A DNA stretch of 64,000 nucleotides from Amoebidium appalachense (lineage: Eukaryota > Protista > Ichthyosporea). Position 1 is the stretch's first letter, and the number at the start of each line of letters is the position of its first letter. Below are positions 21,976 to 35,774 of this stretch, piece by piece. Made by a program: the position numbers and the translations under genes. Under the pieces are notes generated by a model, which was not told the DNA's origin, ran no database searches, and saw only the letters and a list, made by a program, of their open reading frames with translations. The stretch lies in NCBI GenBank assembly GCA_963693365.1, contig CAVNZM010000010.1:8681794-8745793 (forward strand). Reading direction: 5' to 3'.

Positions 21976-23611
21976 ACACGTGCCACGGTGTGTGTGTGCG
22001 TGTGTGCGTGTGCCACGAGACACCGTGTGGAAGGAACGTTCTCCTCGCCATGCCACGGTATGTATATGCATATGTGTGCACGTGGCAGACACAGCAGCTC
22101 CACGTTCAAATTTCTAACTGATGCTAAAACTACATACTCCCATGGGTAGGCATACTCTGCTGTCGACGTGATCGAATATATGCAGGAGTGGTGATCATCA
22201 TGAGTCATGACCGGTCCCCACGGACCCCGCGGTAGTGGTCTAGTATTATTATTATACAACGTGCTCCATGCCGCTGCATGCGCAGGTAGCTCAGGTAGAT
22301 GCAGGTGGCAACCGCAACACCCGAAACGCTTGCATGGGCAAAGATACATGTGCCCCGCATGTACAGTGTGGCAGTGGCCGACAGTACTATGTGGCAGCCC
22401 TCATAGCGGCTGTCACTCATCACGTGATTAACTTGGTGCCGAATTCCGGATCTGCCGCTTCCCTATTGGAGAGTGTCCAATCACACAATAGATCGGGTGC
22501 CAGATGTTGAGATCTCAGATCTGGCGGATCTGGCCAGGATCAGAGGCCTCAGGCTGGGAGCACATACATACACATGCAGCTGATCTGTGCTGATCGTATG
22601 TATGATGCAAATCCAAACCTACTATAACTGGCTATACGTAGGACCATGAGTAATGCCTTGCCTTATAATTAAGTATGCATATTGAAAATCGCAACGGCCA
22701 TATGCACATTGGCTCGAAAAGAGAGTTGGGTTGGGTTTGGGCCGGGTCGGGGCCTGCAAGTTCGAAGGGCCCGGGGATGTGGTGGACCCACTGGTGGTGG
22801 TGGTGATGGTGGTGATGGTGGTGGTGGTGGCGTGTGTGTGGGTGTGTGTGGGGTGTGGGGGGAGGGGGAGGGGGGGGGGGGGGGGGGGGGAGAGGGGGGA
22901 GGGGGGGGGGGAGGGGGGAGGTTAACGAGGCCTAGGGCCGGAGGGGAGTGTGTGTGCATGTACAGGAGGGGAGGGGGAGGGATCTCGAGGGGAACGGGGG
23001 AGGGGCGAATATTAACGATTGTCTGCACCAACATATCTGTCTGGAACAACTTAAATCGGAAGGGGAGACCTCAAACGAGGCCTACGACTAAGTGACTTGG
23101 ATAAACAAGAGTGTGCACAACTGACACAATTTCTTCACCCGAGTCCTCGGTACGCACCGCTATCGGCAGTACGTTCACGAAAATGTCACTCACGCCCTGC
23201 ACCAGATTCAGCAGTGTCCCTATTAAGGAAAGAGTATCATGAGTGACACAATAATGAGCCAAAACTCTGAGAACCCGCTTGCCTGTGTACATGTATGTGC
23301 ATGTGAGCCGTTGCAGTATGTGTCTGTACACGTTTGACATCTGCATGACCCTTGCACCGTGAACCGGTTTCCACACTGTGCAACGTATGCATGGGCGAGT
23401 TCTAGCACATTTGTGTGATGGATTTGCGCCCTGTCAGCTAGGCGGAAGGTACATAAGGCGGTACTGTGGCCCATGGGTGAAGTACAGACCAGCTCATTTG
23501 CTCGTACATTCCTGCAGGTGCACGTGGCTTGGCCTGTGTGTTCCTGTCGTGACTGTCTCTACTACTTCTGAACCGTCCTAACTGCTACGGAGCAACAAAA
23601 GATACCTCACA

Positions 23612-25635
23612 ATGGCTGGCATGCTTCACCTCTTCCGCGGTCGTACGTCTGCGGCCGTGTGCACGCTGCTGCTTGCCACCGCAGCCCTATCTGCCGCGGC
23701 GCCACCCCACCATGGCCAGCGCAGCTACACGCATGGCCACACCGCGACCATGTCCGCCACAGCCACGTCTGCACCCACACCCACTGGTGAAGATGTGTGT
23801 GCCGGGCTAGTTGCCGAGGATGGCACGCGCATCCGCAAGGAGTGGCGCGAGCTCAGTGCACGGCAGAAGGAGAACTACATCAACGCCATCCGGGCCGTGG
23901 TGCGCACGGACAACTCCACGCAGGTGTGGGCATACCACATTACCGAGGATGTGTTCGTGTACGCGCACCAGACCAACGCGTTTGTGCACTGGCACCGCAT
24001 GATGCTGTACCAGTTTGAGAACCAGCTGCGCGCCCTGGGCGGCCCGTTTTCGTGCATCACGCTGCCGTACTGGGACTGGACCATGGACGTGGCCCAGAAC
24101 ACAGACGGCTACCCGGAGGGCCTAAAAGTCATCGACGACTGGAACGGCATCAGTAAGTGATGTTTGCCTTCGTGTGGAAGCCTCACCTGTGTGTGAAGAT
24201 AGATTGCTCCATAGCTATAGTCTTGAAGTTAATAACTCAAAGTCCCTCCCCTCCTCCCCCCCTCACTCCTTCAGTGTTCCTGGCCTGAGTAAAATAACAA
24301 ACCCACATTGGTATGCATATGTCCCCCCCTCCCCCCCCCCCCCTCCCCCCCCCTCCACTCCTCCACCCCCTCTCCGTTTGAAGCTCCTGAGCAGAAAGAA
24401 GTTACACAAAGGTGACTACCAGATACTACTGGTCACTTCTATGGGGCTAACACGGTAACTGCCCAGGCGGACCGTCGGAGTGCTTCCTCGACCCCTTCAT
24501 TGGTCGCTACCGCTACAAGAATGGCACGTGCGTGACGCGGCCGTTTGGGCTGGGCTGGCGCACGCTGGGGCCGTGCGAGTATGCCAGCATGACGGTGGGG
24601 ACTTCTGACTTCCAGACGTATGTGGACTGGAACAAGGACTGGCACAACCAGATCCACGTCTTCACCGGCGGCCAGAACGGCACCATGAACGACAACCTCT
24701 ACTCGCCCTGGGACCCCATCTTCTTCCTGCACCACGCCTTTGTCGACAAGATGGCCGCAACCTGGCAGGTCTGGGCTGAGCCCCCCCCCCCCCCCCCCCC
24801 CCCCCCCCCGCCCCCGCGCGTGGCCACCCCCCAACCCCAACCACAACCCCTCCTCCTCCTCCTCCCGTTCCCCTGCACTTCCTCTGGTTATTTTTCCCCA
24901 AGCCTCTTTTGTGCGGGTTTCATGATCCAGTCAGACGTAATAGCTGAAGGCTGCACAAGACCATTACTCGGCCCCCTCCGCACTAACCCCCACCTGACGA
25001 CATGACCTTCCTTTTTTATGCCAGTAGTAACCTCCCCAGGGTCGAACACTTGCCAACTGCAGTGATTGTAATAATATATCTGGTCCAAAGGTGGCTAACC
25101 CATATTCACCCCCCCTCCTTTCCCCGGGGCCCCAATCCCCTCCCAACACACACACACATACATGCAGGCTTGCCACGGCTACGACCAGCCGCTGCCCAAC
25201 GGGCCCGTGGACCCGCGGATCTACAGCCAGAACAACAACAGCCGGGCGCACGACTTTGACGGGCAGATGGCCACGTTCCCCGTTTTCATCACCCCCCGCG
25301 AGGTCAACAACATCGACACCCTGGGCTACACCTATGCCCCGGACACCTACGACCGCACCACCTACGCCACCACCATGCAGGCCTGTCGCCACCCCATCCC
25401 CTGGGTCCCCCGCCAGCCAGCCACCCCGATGCACCAATCACAGCCCATCTTTGACGACGATCTCTCCGATGCAGCCCCGATTGCACCCACTGCCACCCCG
25501 ATCTACCCCGATCAGCCCATGGACCACGGCCATAAGGCTGTGCAGAGCTACCACAAATACCTCAAGTTGACGAAGGAGCCAATCAGTGCGCTGCGTCAGG
25601 CCGAGTCAGAGGAATGCAGTGAGTGTTGGAAGTAG
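23612..25635 (+). CDS. Secreted tyrosinase (type-3 copper protein), copy 1; C-terminus truncated by an LTR-element insertion
   Basis: Exons 23612-24152, 24467-24768 and 25168-25635. Signal-peptide-like N-terminus; RIRKEW; CuA YH...AHQTNAFVHWHR...LPYWDW; CuB WHNQIH...DPIFFLHH. The frame runs into the LTR (CWK*). Confidence 0.9.
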
Positions 25636-26773
25636 AGTCCGCTGTGACTAGGGTCGTCGTGGCGCGCTTGGGCGCTGACCCGTTTTTTACTGCTTTCAGT
25701 GTGTTAACTCCATGACTGAACTCCATGACTGAACTCCATTTCTGCACCTGGCAGAGCCGTGGCTTATATACCCGTGGGGCAGCAGTCTGGAATGTAATCC
25801 GGATGCCAGGCGCTAATCGGATTGGTTACTTTCATTTAGAGATCTCTGGGACCAGTGAACCAATCGTTTGCAGTCAAAACACAATTGGCAACATTCCTCA
25901 ACGATGCAGATGTGCATGTGATGATCGAGTGTCAGCATGTGTCTATGTACACGGAACCAATTGTAAAGCTAACATACACATATAGTGGAGTGAGCGTAAG
26001 TCTGCACTCCAACACCCCTACCCAATTGGAGAAGTGTACACACCACTAGAGAAGAGAGAGTGAGTGTGGCTGCTTGCAGGGTAGACCGGGGTGTGCATTC
26101 CACTGTGGTGCGTGCCCCGCCAATGAAGTGGAATACTTGACGTTGATGTCGCAGGCTGCTGCGGATGGAGTTTGTGGAAGCGAAAGTCTCTACTTCACGG
26201 AAATACGCTCGCGGGTGTAGGGTACAGCCTAGAAGTCGGTTTCTAGGCTCCTCCGTTCAAGGCGTCGTAGGGGACGTGAAGTTAGAGGCCGCGGTGTCGT
26301 GTCTGGGCCCATAACCCTGTTGGAAGTAGAGTCCGCTGTGACTAGGGTCGTCGTGGCGCGCTTGGGCGCTGACCCGTTTTTTACTGCTTTCAGTGTGTTA
26401 ACTCCATGACTGAACTCCATGACTGAACTCCATGACTGAACTCCATCACTGAACTCCATTACTGAACTCCATGACTGAACTCCATGACTGAACTCCATTT
26501 CTGCACCTGGCAGAGCCGTGGCTTATATACCCGTGGGGCAGCAGTCTGGAATGTAATCCGGATGCCAGGCGCTAATCGGATTGGTTACTTTCATTTAGAG
26601 ATCTCTGGGACCAGTGAACCAATCGTTTGCAGTCAAAACACAATTGGCAACATTCCTCAACTATGCAGATGTGCATGTGGTGATCGAGTGTCAGCGTGTG
26701 TCTGTGTACACGGAACCAATTGTAAAGCTAACATACACATATTGTGGAGTGAGCGTAAGTCTGCACTCCAACA
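25624..26773 (-). mobile_element. Non-autonomous miniature LTR retrotransposon (TRIM-like, copia-derived)
   Basis: Direct repeats 25624-26014 and 26318-26773, each TGTTGGA...TCCAACA. 5-bp TSD GTGAG (25619-25623 / 26774-26778). 303-bp internal region. On the minus strand, PBS GGTTATGGGCCCAG follows the 5' LTR and the purine-rich tract GGGTAGGGG precedes the 3' LTR. Confidence 0.95.
26400..26498 (+). repeat. 13-bp tandem repeat (aactccatgactg) inside the LTR
   Basis: ~7.5 units here versus ~2.5 in the other LTR (25706-25739), which accounts for the 65-bp LTR length difference. Confidence 0.9.
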
Positions 26774-26778
26774 GTGAG

Positions 26779-26880
26779 CTGGGGCCACTCACCGGCCCAG
26801 CGGCCTATAGCGAGTCACTGATGAGGTGGCGCCACCACACGGGTATTCCTGGGTACAAGCAGCGCTGCGGTGAGCAGTAA
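26779..26880 (+). pseudogene. Orphaned last 33 codons of tyrosinase copy 1
   Basis: LGPLTGPAAYSESLMRWRHHTGIPGYKQRCGEQ* aligns with LGPAQGPAAYTDSLQMWRHHTVIPNYRQRCAQ of copy 2. Confidence 0.9.
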
Positions 26881-27966
26881 ACTCGTGTTGTGATTGGGTC
26901 ATTATCACGTACAAACCAAATTTGGTATGCCCTTTTTTTAGAAGTGTGACAGCAGTAATTCGAGCCAGAATCAAGCTCTTCTAAGATGTTTTAGATCATC
27001 GGAACATGATTGGTTGACTTGGCATCATGGGCTACCGAGGCCCCACGACCTGGCACTGATATTCTGTACCACGAATATGGAAGAATAAGCCGGACTGTAT
27101 TCGCGGCCTCGGCTATGTATATTATGTACTTGGGTGCTTGCACCGGCCAACCCCTCCTGCACCGCTGGAGGAATAAATATCATGTGGCATGTTGCAAAAC
27201 ATTTTCGCCCATGTGAGGGATGTATTTTTATCCCCCTCGCACACTACCAACGTCTCACCAGCATATTGGCCATATTGACTGAATGTATCACGGGGGGCCT
27301 GCGGCTTTTGTTGCATTCATAGATCATTTCATGGAATGTTCTGTACCTGTGCCCGGGCTCTAAGCTTTGCATCGTCCTCCCCCCCCCCTCCCCAGCCCCC
27401 TCCCCCCGTGCCCGTCCCCTCCCCACCGTCCTTCCCCATAACCGTCCCCCCCCCCCCCCTCCCACCCCGGCCTCCCCCCCCAAAAAGTAAACCAACAACA
27501 CGTACCGCACACGAACAAAAGCACATATGCACACATGCACACACACATACACATTCACGTTTGCACCCTCCCTTCCCCCCTCCCCTCTCCCTTCCCATCC
27601 CCACCCTCCCTCCCGTCCTCCCTACCCCTTCCCCTGCCTAAACAACAGCAACACACACCACACTCACACACGCACACACACACACGTGCATGCATGCACA
27701 CCCCCACACCCCCCCTGCCATGTAACCAGGCAAACACAGCACCTACCGCTCTTTCTTCGTCGGCCACCTACAGTACCTCGGTTGTGGCCCTTCCGCCCAC
27801 CCGGTTCCGCATTTACACTCTAAACATCCGACTACCCCCTCCCCATCCCCCCTCCCCTCCACCCCAACTCCCCCCTCCCCTCCCCCCTCCACCAATCAAA
27901 AAAAGGGAAAAAAAGGCGCTCAGTATCCAGATATCCCCCCCCCCCCCTGCCCCTCTCTCCCTCCCC

Positions 27967-28000
<34 letters not shown>

Positions 28001-28165
28001 ATCTTGTTTTTTTAGGATATTGAGATTGTGTGTGGGAGAGCAAAAAGGGATAGAAAAAAATTAAAAACGAGAAAAAAGCAGTAGAACATACAAAATAACG
28101 GAGAAAAAAACAGAGAAAGAGAGATAAAAAAAGACACACACACACACACACGACTGCCCCTATCC

Positions 28166-28198
<33 letters not shown>

Positions 28199-28923
28199 TT
28201 CCTTTCCCCCCTTCAATTGCAGGTCCTCTATCAACCCCAGTTTGTATCAAAGATACAAACTGGGCACCAATTAGCTGCCCCACCCATGCAACCACCGGCC
28301 ACCCTTACACTTGCATACAGGCACGTGCATGCACACCCACAGGCACGTGCGGTTCAAATCATGCACGGCATATCCCATAGCAACTTTGTTTACCCAGCAG
28401 GTTATACAGTGGGATGGCGGCTGCATGCACATACATCCTTTAATCGTGGTATCACGCACCCAAACACGACTCATGCACACACGTACACACAAAACACATG
28501 CACACACGCAGCGCACACGCACGCGCGGGCACAAGTACACACACGCACGCACACACACACACACACACACAACGCACACACACGCGCACGCATACGTGCA
28601 AACACTCATGATTGATCTTGCCACCAACCTGACACGCCGGTTCGATCAGATTAGCCATGTAAGGAAACTCAAAAAATCTTTTTTTTGTGAAAGAGGGCCC
28701 TATATAAAGGCATTAGATAAATACCCTACGGAGACAACCTCGGGCACTTGCACACAAGCATATACATGCAAACACACACACACAACTACACACTTGCAAC
28801 CAGCAGCCTGTTCTCCCCCACCAACCCGGCTGCACTCTCCACGCGTCACACACATGTAGCCAAAGCACACACGTCGTGTCTGACTTCGTGTTTTGTGCAC
28901 GTGCATGTATAAATGTGTGTGTG

Positions 28924-28964
<41 letters not shown>

Positions 28965-29392
28965 GGGGGGGGAGGGGGGGGGGGAGGGGGGGGGGGGGGG
29001 AGACCAAAGGGAAGAAAATATTAGGGGCCGATGAGAGGTTTTGGGCACAGAGGGAAGGGGATCAGTTCGTTTTCTTTGTCTTTCTTACATGCAAGGAAGG
29101 GGCCCGGGGGATGGGGGGCCGGGTTCAGAGGGGGGATGAGGGAGGGACTGGCCCACCATGGTCCCCTTCCCCTCCCCCCCCCTCCCCCCTCCCCCCCCCC
29201 CCCCCCCCCCGCCTCTCCCCTCTCTCTCCGGGCACCCTCTCCCCCCCTTCCCCCCCCAACCACCCCCCCAACCAAAAAGGGAAAAAAGGGCTATACCTGC
29301 ATATTACCCCCCCTTCCCCCCCCTCCCCCCGCCCCGACCCTTCCTCCAAAAAAACACACACACAACACACATCCCCCCCAAAAAACACACAC

Positions 29393-29457
<65 letters not shown>

Positions 29458-29538
29458 TAACACATACACCACGGACACACACCCACACACACCCACCCAC
29501 CCACACGTACACACACAACACAAACACACAACACACAC

Positions 29539-29574
<36 letters not shown>

Positions 29575-29658
29575 GACTAACACATACACCACGGACACAC
29601 ACCCACACACACCCACCCACACACACACACACACACAACACAAACACACAACACACAC

Positions 29659-29772
<114 letters not shown>

Positions 29773-30322
29773 ATACTGATGAAATTATCCCCCCCCCCCC
29801 CCCCCCGTCCCTCCTCCCTCCCAACCCCCTCCCCCCCCCTCTCCCCCTAAAACACGGCCATATTGTACAAGCCCCCTCCCCCCCCCCCCAAACAACCCCT
29901 AACAACAACAAACACATACACACACAGTAAAAGAAAGAAAGAAAAAACGAAAAAGAAAGAAATTAAAAACGAAAAAGAAAGGGGAAAAGTGGTTGCTGAA
30001 ATGATCATCCCCCAAACTCCCCCGCTCCCCTCCCCCGCCCCCCAAAAAGAAACAGAGCCTCCCCCTAGCCCCCACCCTCGCCCCTTCCCCCGTCCCCCCC
30101 TCCCCCTTCCCCCCTCCAAAAAAGAGACCCCTCCTCCTCCCCCCCCCCCCCCCCCCTCCCCCCCCCCCCCCCCCCCCCCCCCCGCCCAACCGCCACCACC
30201 ACCATCACCACCATCGCCACAACCACCACCGCCGCCATTATCCTTTTCCCCAGCCCAAACACTTGACCTTCCGAATTTTTTCCGTCAAATGATTTAACAA
30301 GTCCTTCCTGTCCCTGTCCTTC

Positions 30323-30364
<42 letters not shown>

Positions 30365-31130
30365 TTCCCCCCCTCAAAGAGCGCCCCTTCCCCAGCTGAA
30401 AGAACTTTTTCTAAAGCTTGCCACGAAGCCTCCATTTTCCAAAGAGGAAAAAAAGGAGTAAAGACACGAGCAACCCCCCTCCCCCCCCCCCCCCCCCCCC
30501 CCCCCTTCCGCCCCCCTTCCGCCCCCCACCCCCCCCACCCCCTTTCCCCTGTGCCAGCCTTGCCCACACTACACCATCTATGACATGTGTGGAGCATAGA
30601 GGTTATGCTACTAACACACGGATCCATGCACGTGGTCTTGTGTGTAGACACAAGAATCGTGCCTAAAGCCCTGGTTGATGCCTCCAATACAACACTTGTA
30701 CTAGCGTGGTTGGGGCGGGATACCTGCTATAGTATACCTGCACACATATTACGGCACTGATACGTTATGGCATAGTGGCAACAATAGCCTTGCATGTGTG
30801 GCAGTGCACCAGCATATAGCATATTCATGAAGTTTGTTTAGAGGGAAACCATGCAATGTTTATCAGGGGGCGACTTTGGCCGTCTGCTCGGTCTTACGGG
30901 CCGGGACCCAGAGGGGGGTGAGGGGGAGGGGGAGGGGGAGGGGGGATGAGCGGTGGTCTGCTGGTGGTGGCTGTCCTGTTGTGAGTCACGTGTTCTTTTT
31001 GTGCTGTGTTTTTTTTTGTTTGTGTTAGGCGGGGAGGGGGGGGGGAGGGGGGGAGGGGGGAAGGGGGTGAGTGTGTGCGCAGCCTGTCAAACTGCTTGAG
31101 CCAATGGGTGCAGTTTGGGTTTTTTTTTTT

Positions 31131-31161
<31 letters not shown>

Positions 31162-31307
31162 GGGGAAGGGTTGGAGAGAAGGGGCAGGGGAGGGGGTGGG
31201 GGGAGGAAGGGTGGAAACGGGGGAAGGAAGAGGGAGAGAGATTGTGTGTGTGTCTGCCTGTTCGGGACTCCCCGGGAGGAGGAAGGCCGGGGGGGGGGAG
31301 GAGAAGA

Positions 31308-31379
<72 letters not shown>

Positions 31380-31751
31380 ATGTGCGTGTGTGCGTGTGTG
31401 CGTGTGTGCGTGTGTGCGTGTGTGCGTGTGTGCGTGCGTGTGCGTGTGCGCGCGCGCGTGTGTATGTGTGTGTGTGTGTGTACGATTCCTTGTGTCTGCG
31501 TGTCTGGCTGTTCGTTGATTTTGGGCAGGGGAGGACGAGGAGGGGGAGGACAGAGAGAACGACGCAGAGAGATTGAGAAAAAGAAAGAAATTGTTGGGTA
31601 GGGGGGGGGGGGGGGGGGGGGAGAGAAGAGAGAGAGAGAAGGCGAGAGAGAGGAGAGAGAGAGACAAAAGAGCGAGCGAGGGTGTTCGGAGGGAGGTGGG
31701 GAGGTGGGTAAAAACCAACGGCGTCACAGAATGTGTGTGTGTGGTGTATGT

Positions 31752-31802
<51 letters not shown>

Positions 31803-31988
31803 GGGAGGGGGGCATGTGTGGGTGTCTGTGTTCGCCCGCACACGTGTGCATGCATGTGTGCGTGCCTGTGCGCCGGAAAATGTCACGTGTCTGTATGGCA
31901 GTATGTGGTGGTGGTGGTAGTGTGTGTGTGCGTTTGTAGCAGAAGGGGGCCCAGGGGGGAAGGGGCCAGGGGGGGGGGGGGGGGGAGA

Positions 31989-32037
<49 letters not shown>

Positions 32038-32434
32038 TGATGGGGGCACAGGGGGGCAGGGATTAGATAGGGACATAAAAGCGCTCTTAGGATGGGACCA
32101 GTAGAATGTATTCTTCGATATTCCTGCCAAACAAGAATACAGTTTTGACAGGGGCCCAACATTTATTTAAATGGAGCAAGGCTTTGCTCCACGTGGTTTC
32201 CTTCAAATTTCGAAATTCACATAAGTTTATAGATTTTTTCACAGGGTTAGGAATGCAGCATGGTGCTGGAATACCTTGCCGTCATATGTATGTTCGTATT
32301 CGAAGGAATATTCCAGGAATATCGACATGTACAACCAGTGTTCACCTACGGCTCTGGCATCCTAGGGAGAATTATTCATCTACCGTCCACCCACAAACAC
32401 TGCCTCTACATTTTTTTCTCTGACAAATACTAAA

Positions 32435-34806
32435 CTACAGAAGCACATGTTCCGAAATTAATATTCCCATGGCCAGAGAATACACGTGGGCCTGACAGAT
32501 ACCAATACAAACCACAGCCAATAATAGCCCTGCCCAGCTATTATAGTCCTGTGCACAGCGCTGTCGGTAATTGGGGATAACCGTGTGGTGCCGCCACATC
32601 TGCAATGAATCGGTGTAGGCCGCTGGGCCCTGGGCTGGCCCCAGCGTGCCGCACTCCTCCAATTCAGCCAAACGCAGTGCTTTGATTGGCTCGTTATCAG
32701 CACTCCGGTACTTGGTATAGCTCTCGACGGCTGCCGGCCATGGTAGTCTGCATCCATTGGCTGATCGGGGTAGATCGGTGTTGCAGTGGGTGAAGTCGGG
32801 GCCGTATCAGAGAGATCGTCGTCAAAGATCGGCTGTGATTGGTGCATCGGGGCCGCTGGCTGCCGGGGGACCCAGGGGATGGGGTGGCGGCAGGCCTGCA
32901 TGGAGGTGGCGTAGGTGGTGCGGTCGTAGGTGTCCGGGGCATAGGTGTAGCCCAGGGTGTCGATGTTGTTGACCTCGCGGGGGGTGATGAAGACGGGGGA
33001 ACGTGGCCATCTGCCCGTCAAAGTCGTGCGCCCGGCTGTTGTTGTTCTGGCTGTAGATCTGCGGATCCACGGGCCCGTTGGGCAGCGGCTGGTCGTAGCC
33101 GTGGCACGCCTGCACGTGTGCATGGACGTGTGTGAGTGTGTGGCAGGGAATGGTGGGGGGAGGGGCTGGGGTTTGGGGGGGGGGGGGGGGGGGGGGGGGG
33201 AGGGGCGAGGGGAAAGACGGTATGGGCAGTTATGAGTTGTCGATTGACCAGTTGGCTAGAAATGGGTTGCCAGTCACTTTGAAATGTGCACCATGGTGCA
33301 AAGACCAAGGTTGCTCATGGAAGAACAGGCAGGGGGGTGAGGGGTGGGGGTGGGGGGTGGGTGGGGGGTGGGGAAAGAAGCGGGGAAGGTGATTTGTTGG
33401 TGTGTGTGGAATTGTCGGTTCTTTAGTGAACATTTGACGGGGGGAGGAGGAAGAGGAGGGGGGAGGGTGGGGTGGGGGGAAGGGGGGGAGGGCAATAGAC
33501 GGGCCTGCCAGGTTGCGGCCATCTTGTCGACAAAGGCGTGGTGCAGGAAGAAGATGGGGTCCCAGGGCGAGTAGAGGTTGTCGTTCATGGTGCCGTTCTG
33601 GCCGCCGGTGAAGACGTGGATCTGGTTGTGCCAGTCCTTGTTCCAGTCCACATACGTCTGGAAGTCAGAAGTCCCCACCGTCATGCTGGCATACTCGCAC
33701 GGCCCCAGCGTGCGCCAGCCCAGCCCAAACGGCCGTGTCACGCACGTGCCGTTCTTGTAGCGGTAGTGCCCAATGAACGAGTCGAGGAAGCACTCGGACG
33801 GCCCGCCCGCGTGTCACCGTGTTAGCCTCTGTGTAATTTGCCGGTGATACCTGGTAGGTCGTTTGTGACTTCTTTCTCCTCGGGAGCTTCAAACGTGGAG
33901 GGGGTGGAGGGGGTGCACGTGGATCCGGGGGGAGGGGGGAGGGAGGGGGGGGGGGGGGGGCGCGGAAGAGGGGGGCGCGGAAGGGGGGGGAGGGGGAGGG
34001 GGGGGGGGGGGGGGCAGACTCCCAGGGTTGGTGTGGTGACAAATATCAGGTGCCACTGAGAGCGTACAAGCGTGTGTGCCTCACAAAAACCGTTGAAATG
34101 AGCAATGTGGGTTTGTTATTTTACTCAGGGCCAGGAAAACCGAAGGGGGGGGGAGGAGGGGAGGGGGTTTGAGTTATTAACTTTAAGACTATAGCTATGG
34201 AGCAATCTATCTTTACAGATGTACAGGCCAGACTTCAAAGCGAAGGCAAACAGCACTCACTGATGCCGTTCCAGTTGTCGATGACTTCTAAGCCCTTCGG
34301 GTAGCCGTCTGTGTTCTGGGCCACGTCCATGGTCCAGTCCCAGTACGGCAGCGTGATGCACGAAAACGGGCCGCCCAGGGCGCGCAGCTGGTTCTCAAAC
34401 TGGTACAGCATCATACGATGCCAATGCACAAACGCGTTGGTCTGGTGCGCGTACACGAACACATCCTCGGTGATGTGGTACGCCCACACCTGCGTGGAGT
34501 TGTCCGTGCGCACCACGGCCCGGACGGCGTTGATGTAGTTCTCCTTCTGCAGCGCACTGAGCTCGCGCCACTCCTTGCGGATGCGCGTCCCGTCCTCGGC
34601 AACCAGCCCGGCACACACATCCTCCCCCGTGGGCGTGGGCGCAGCCGTTGCTTCGGCGGGTATGGTCGTGGTATGGCCTTGTGTGTAGTTGCGCTGGTGG
34701 GATGGGGCCGCGGCAGAGAGGGCTGCCGTGGCAAGCAGCAGCGCGCATACGGCAGCAGACATTCTGCCGCGGAAGAGGCGAAGTGTTCACGAAGCAGACC
34801 CGCCAT
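32435..34806 (-). pseudogene. Tyrosinase copy 2 (inverted paralogue), probably pseudogenised
   Basis: Exons 34762-34261, 33806-33505 and 33109-32435 are closely similar to copy 1. Lesions: exon-2 acceptor reads GG instead of AG (33808-33807), exon-2 donor is GC (gcccgt), +1 C at ~32997 giving a stop at 32822, and -1 at ~32732. An 11-nt insertion also puts the first ATG (34806) out of frame. Confidence 0.82.
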
Positions 34807-35327
34807 GCTTATGGTTGCTATGTTGCTGCCTCAGCAGACATTTTTCTGGGTTGATAATTATTGGAAACAGAGCATGAGAAGATGTTACCATATACGCGTA
34901 CCGTGAGCCGTGGCAAATCATACATGTACGTTCTGTCACCACCGAAGTACTACGAGTACAGTCGTGTGTTTCGATGTGTGCATGCATATGTGAGTGAAGG
35001 ATGCCACGAATATTGCTGCTTTTGTACCGTCGATTGTGCCTGTCGTGACACTACTACATACCGCACATTAAGTTGATATAGGGCTCTCCAACACGCTTCG
35101 TTGCACGAAGTCTACCGTGCTTGGCGTCACACTACTACCAGCCTCGAGCTCTCTGTGACAGAACATACATACGTGTCACAGCAGCAACGTATGCACAAAT
35201 TTGTTGCATTCACCAATGGCACCCAATAGTCGGACGCGCATACGGTACCGGTAGCTATCACTATCAATTGGCGTCTACGTATATGTATACAAGGAAGTTC
35301 AACAAACGACATCAAGCCCCGCGGCCG

Positions 35328-35359
<32 letters not shown>

Positions 35360-35671
35360 CCCCCCGGCCCCCCGCCCCCGGCCCCCTCTACCACCAGCCC
35401 CCTTTCCCGGCCCTCTCTCTTCTCTCCCCCTTCTCCCCGCTTCCCCCCGCCCCAGCCTCCCTTTCTAGATCTCATTTTCTACTAATAGATGGATCACTCT
35501 CTCCTCTAGCTCTCTAGATCTCATTATGAATTCGAACTGGACCTCTTTCTCTAGATCATACACACACCGTCACACGTACGTGTGCCACGCGATCTCTCGC
35601 TCAATATTTCTTTCTCGAGCTCTTTCTTTTCCCTTCCCTCCTTCCCTCTCTCTCTCAGACACACACACACA

Positions 35672-35774
<103 letters not shown>

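Noticed and set aside
18400-23500. TIR-bounded autonomous transposon around the THAP ORF
   Set aside because: No matching inverted termini, TSD or DDE-coding sequence found by eye.
25619-26778. LTR insertion removed cleanly as a new intron (TSD plus LTR creates GTGAGT at 25619 and CAG at 26774)
   Set aside because: Joining 25618 to 26775 loses one base and shifts frame. An in-frame join needs the weak donor GTGTTG at 25623, which is unsupported without RNA data.
25725-26880. Duplicated ORFs MTELHFCTW... and MNQSFAVKT... as genes
   Set aside because: They lie within the two LTRs; the second merely runs into the orphaned tyrosinase tail.
32731-32999. Compensating +1/-1 frameshifts rescuing tyrosinase copy 2
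   Set aside because: The shifted frame meets TGA at 32822, before the second frameshift.
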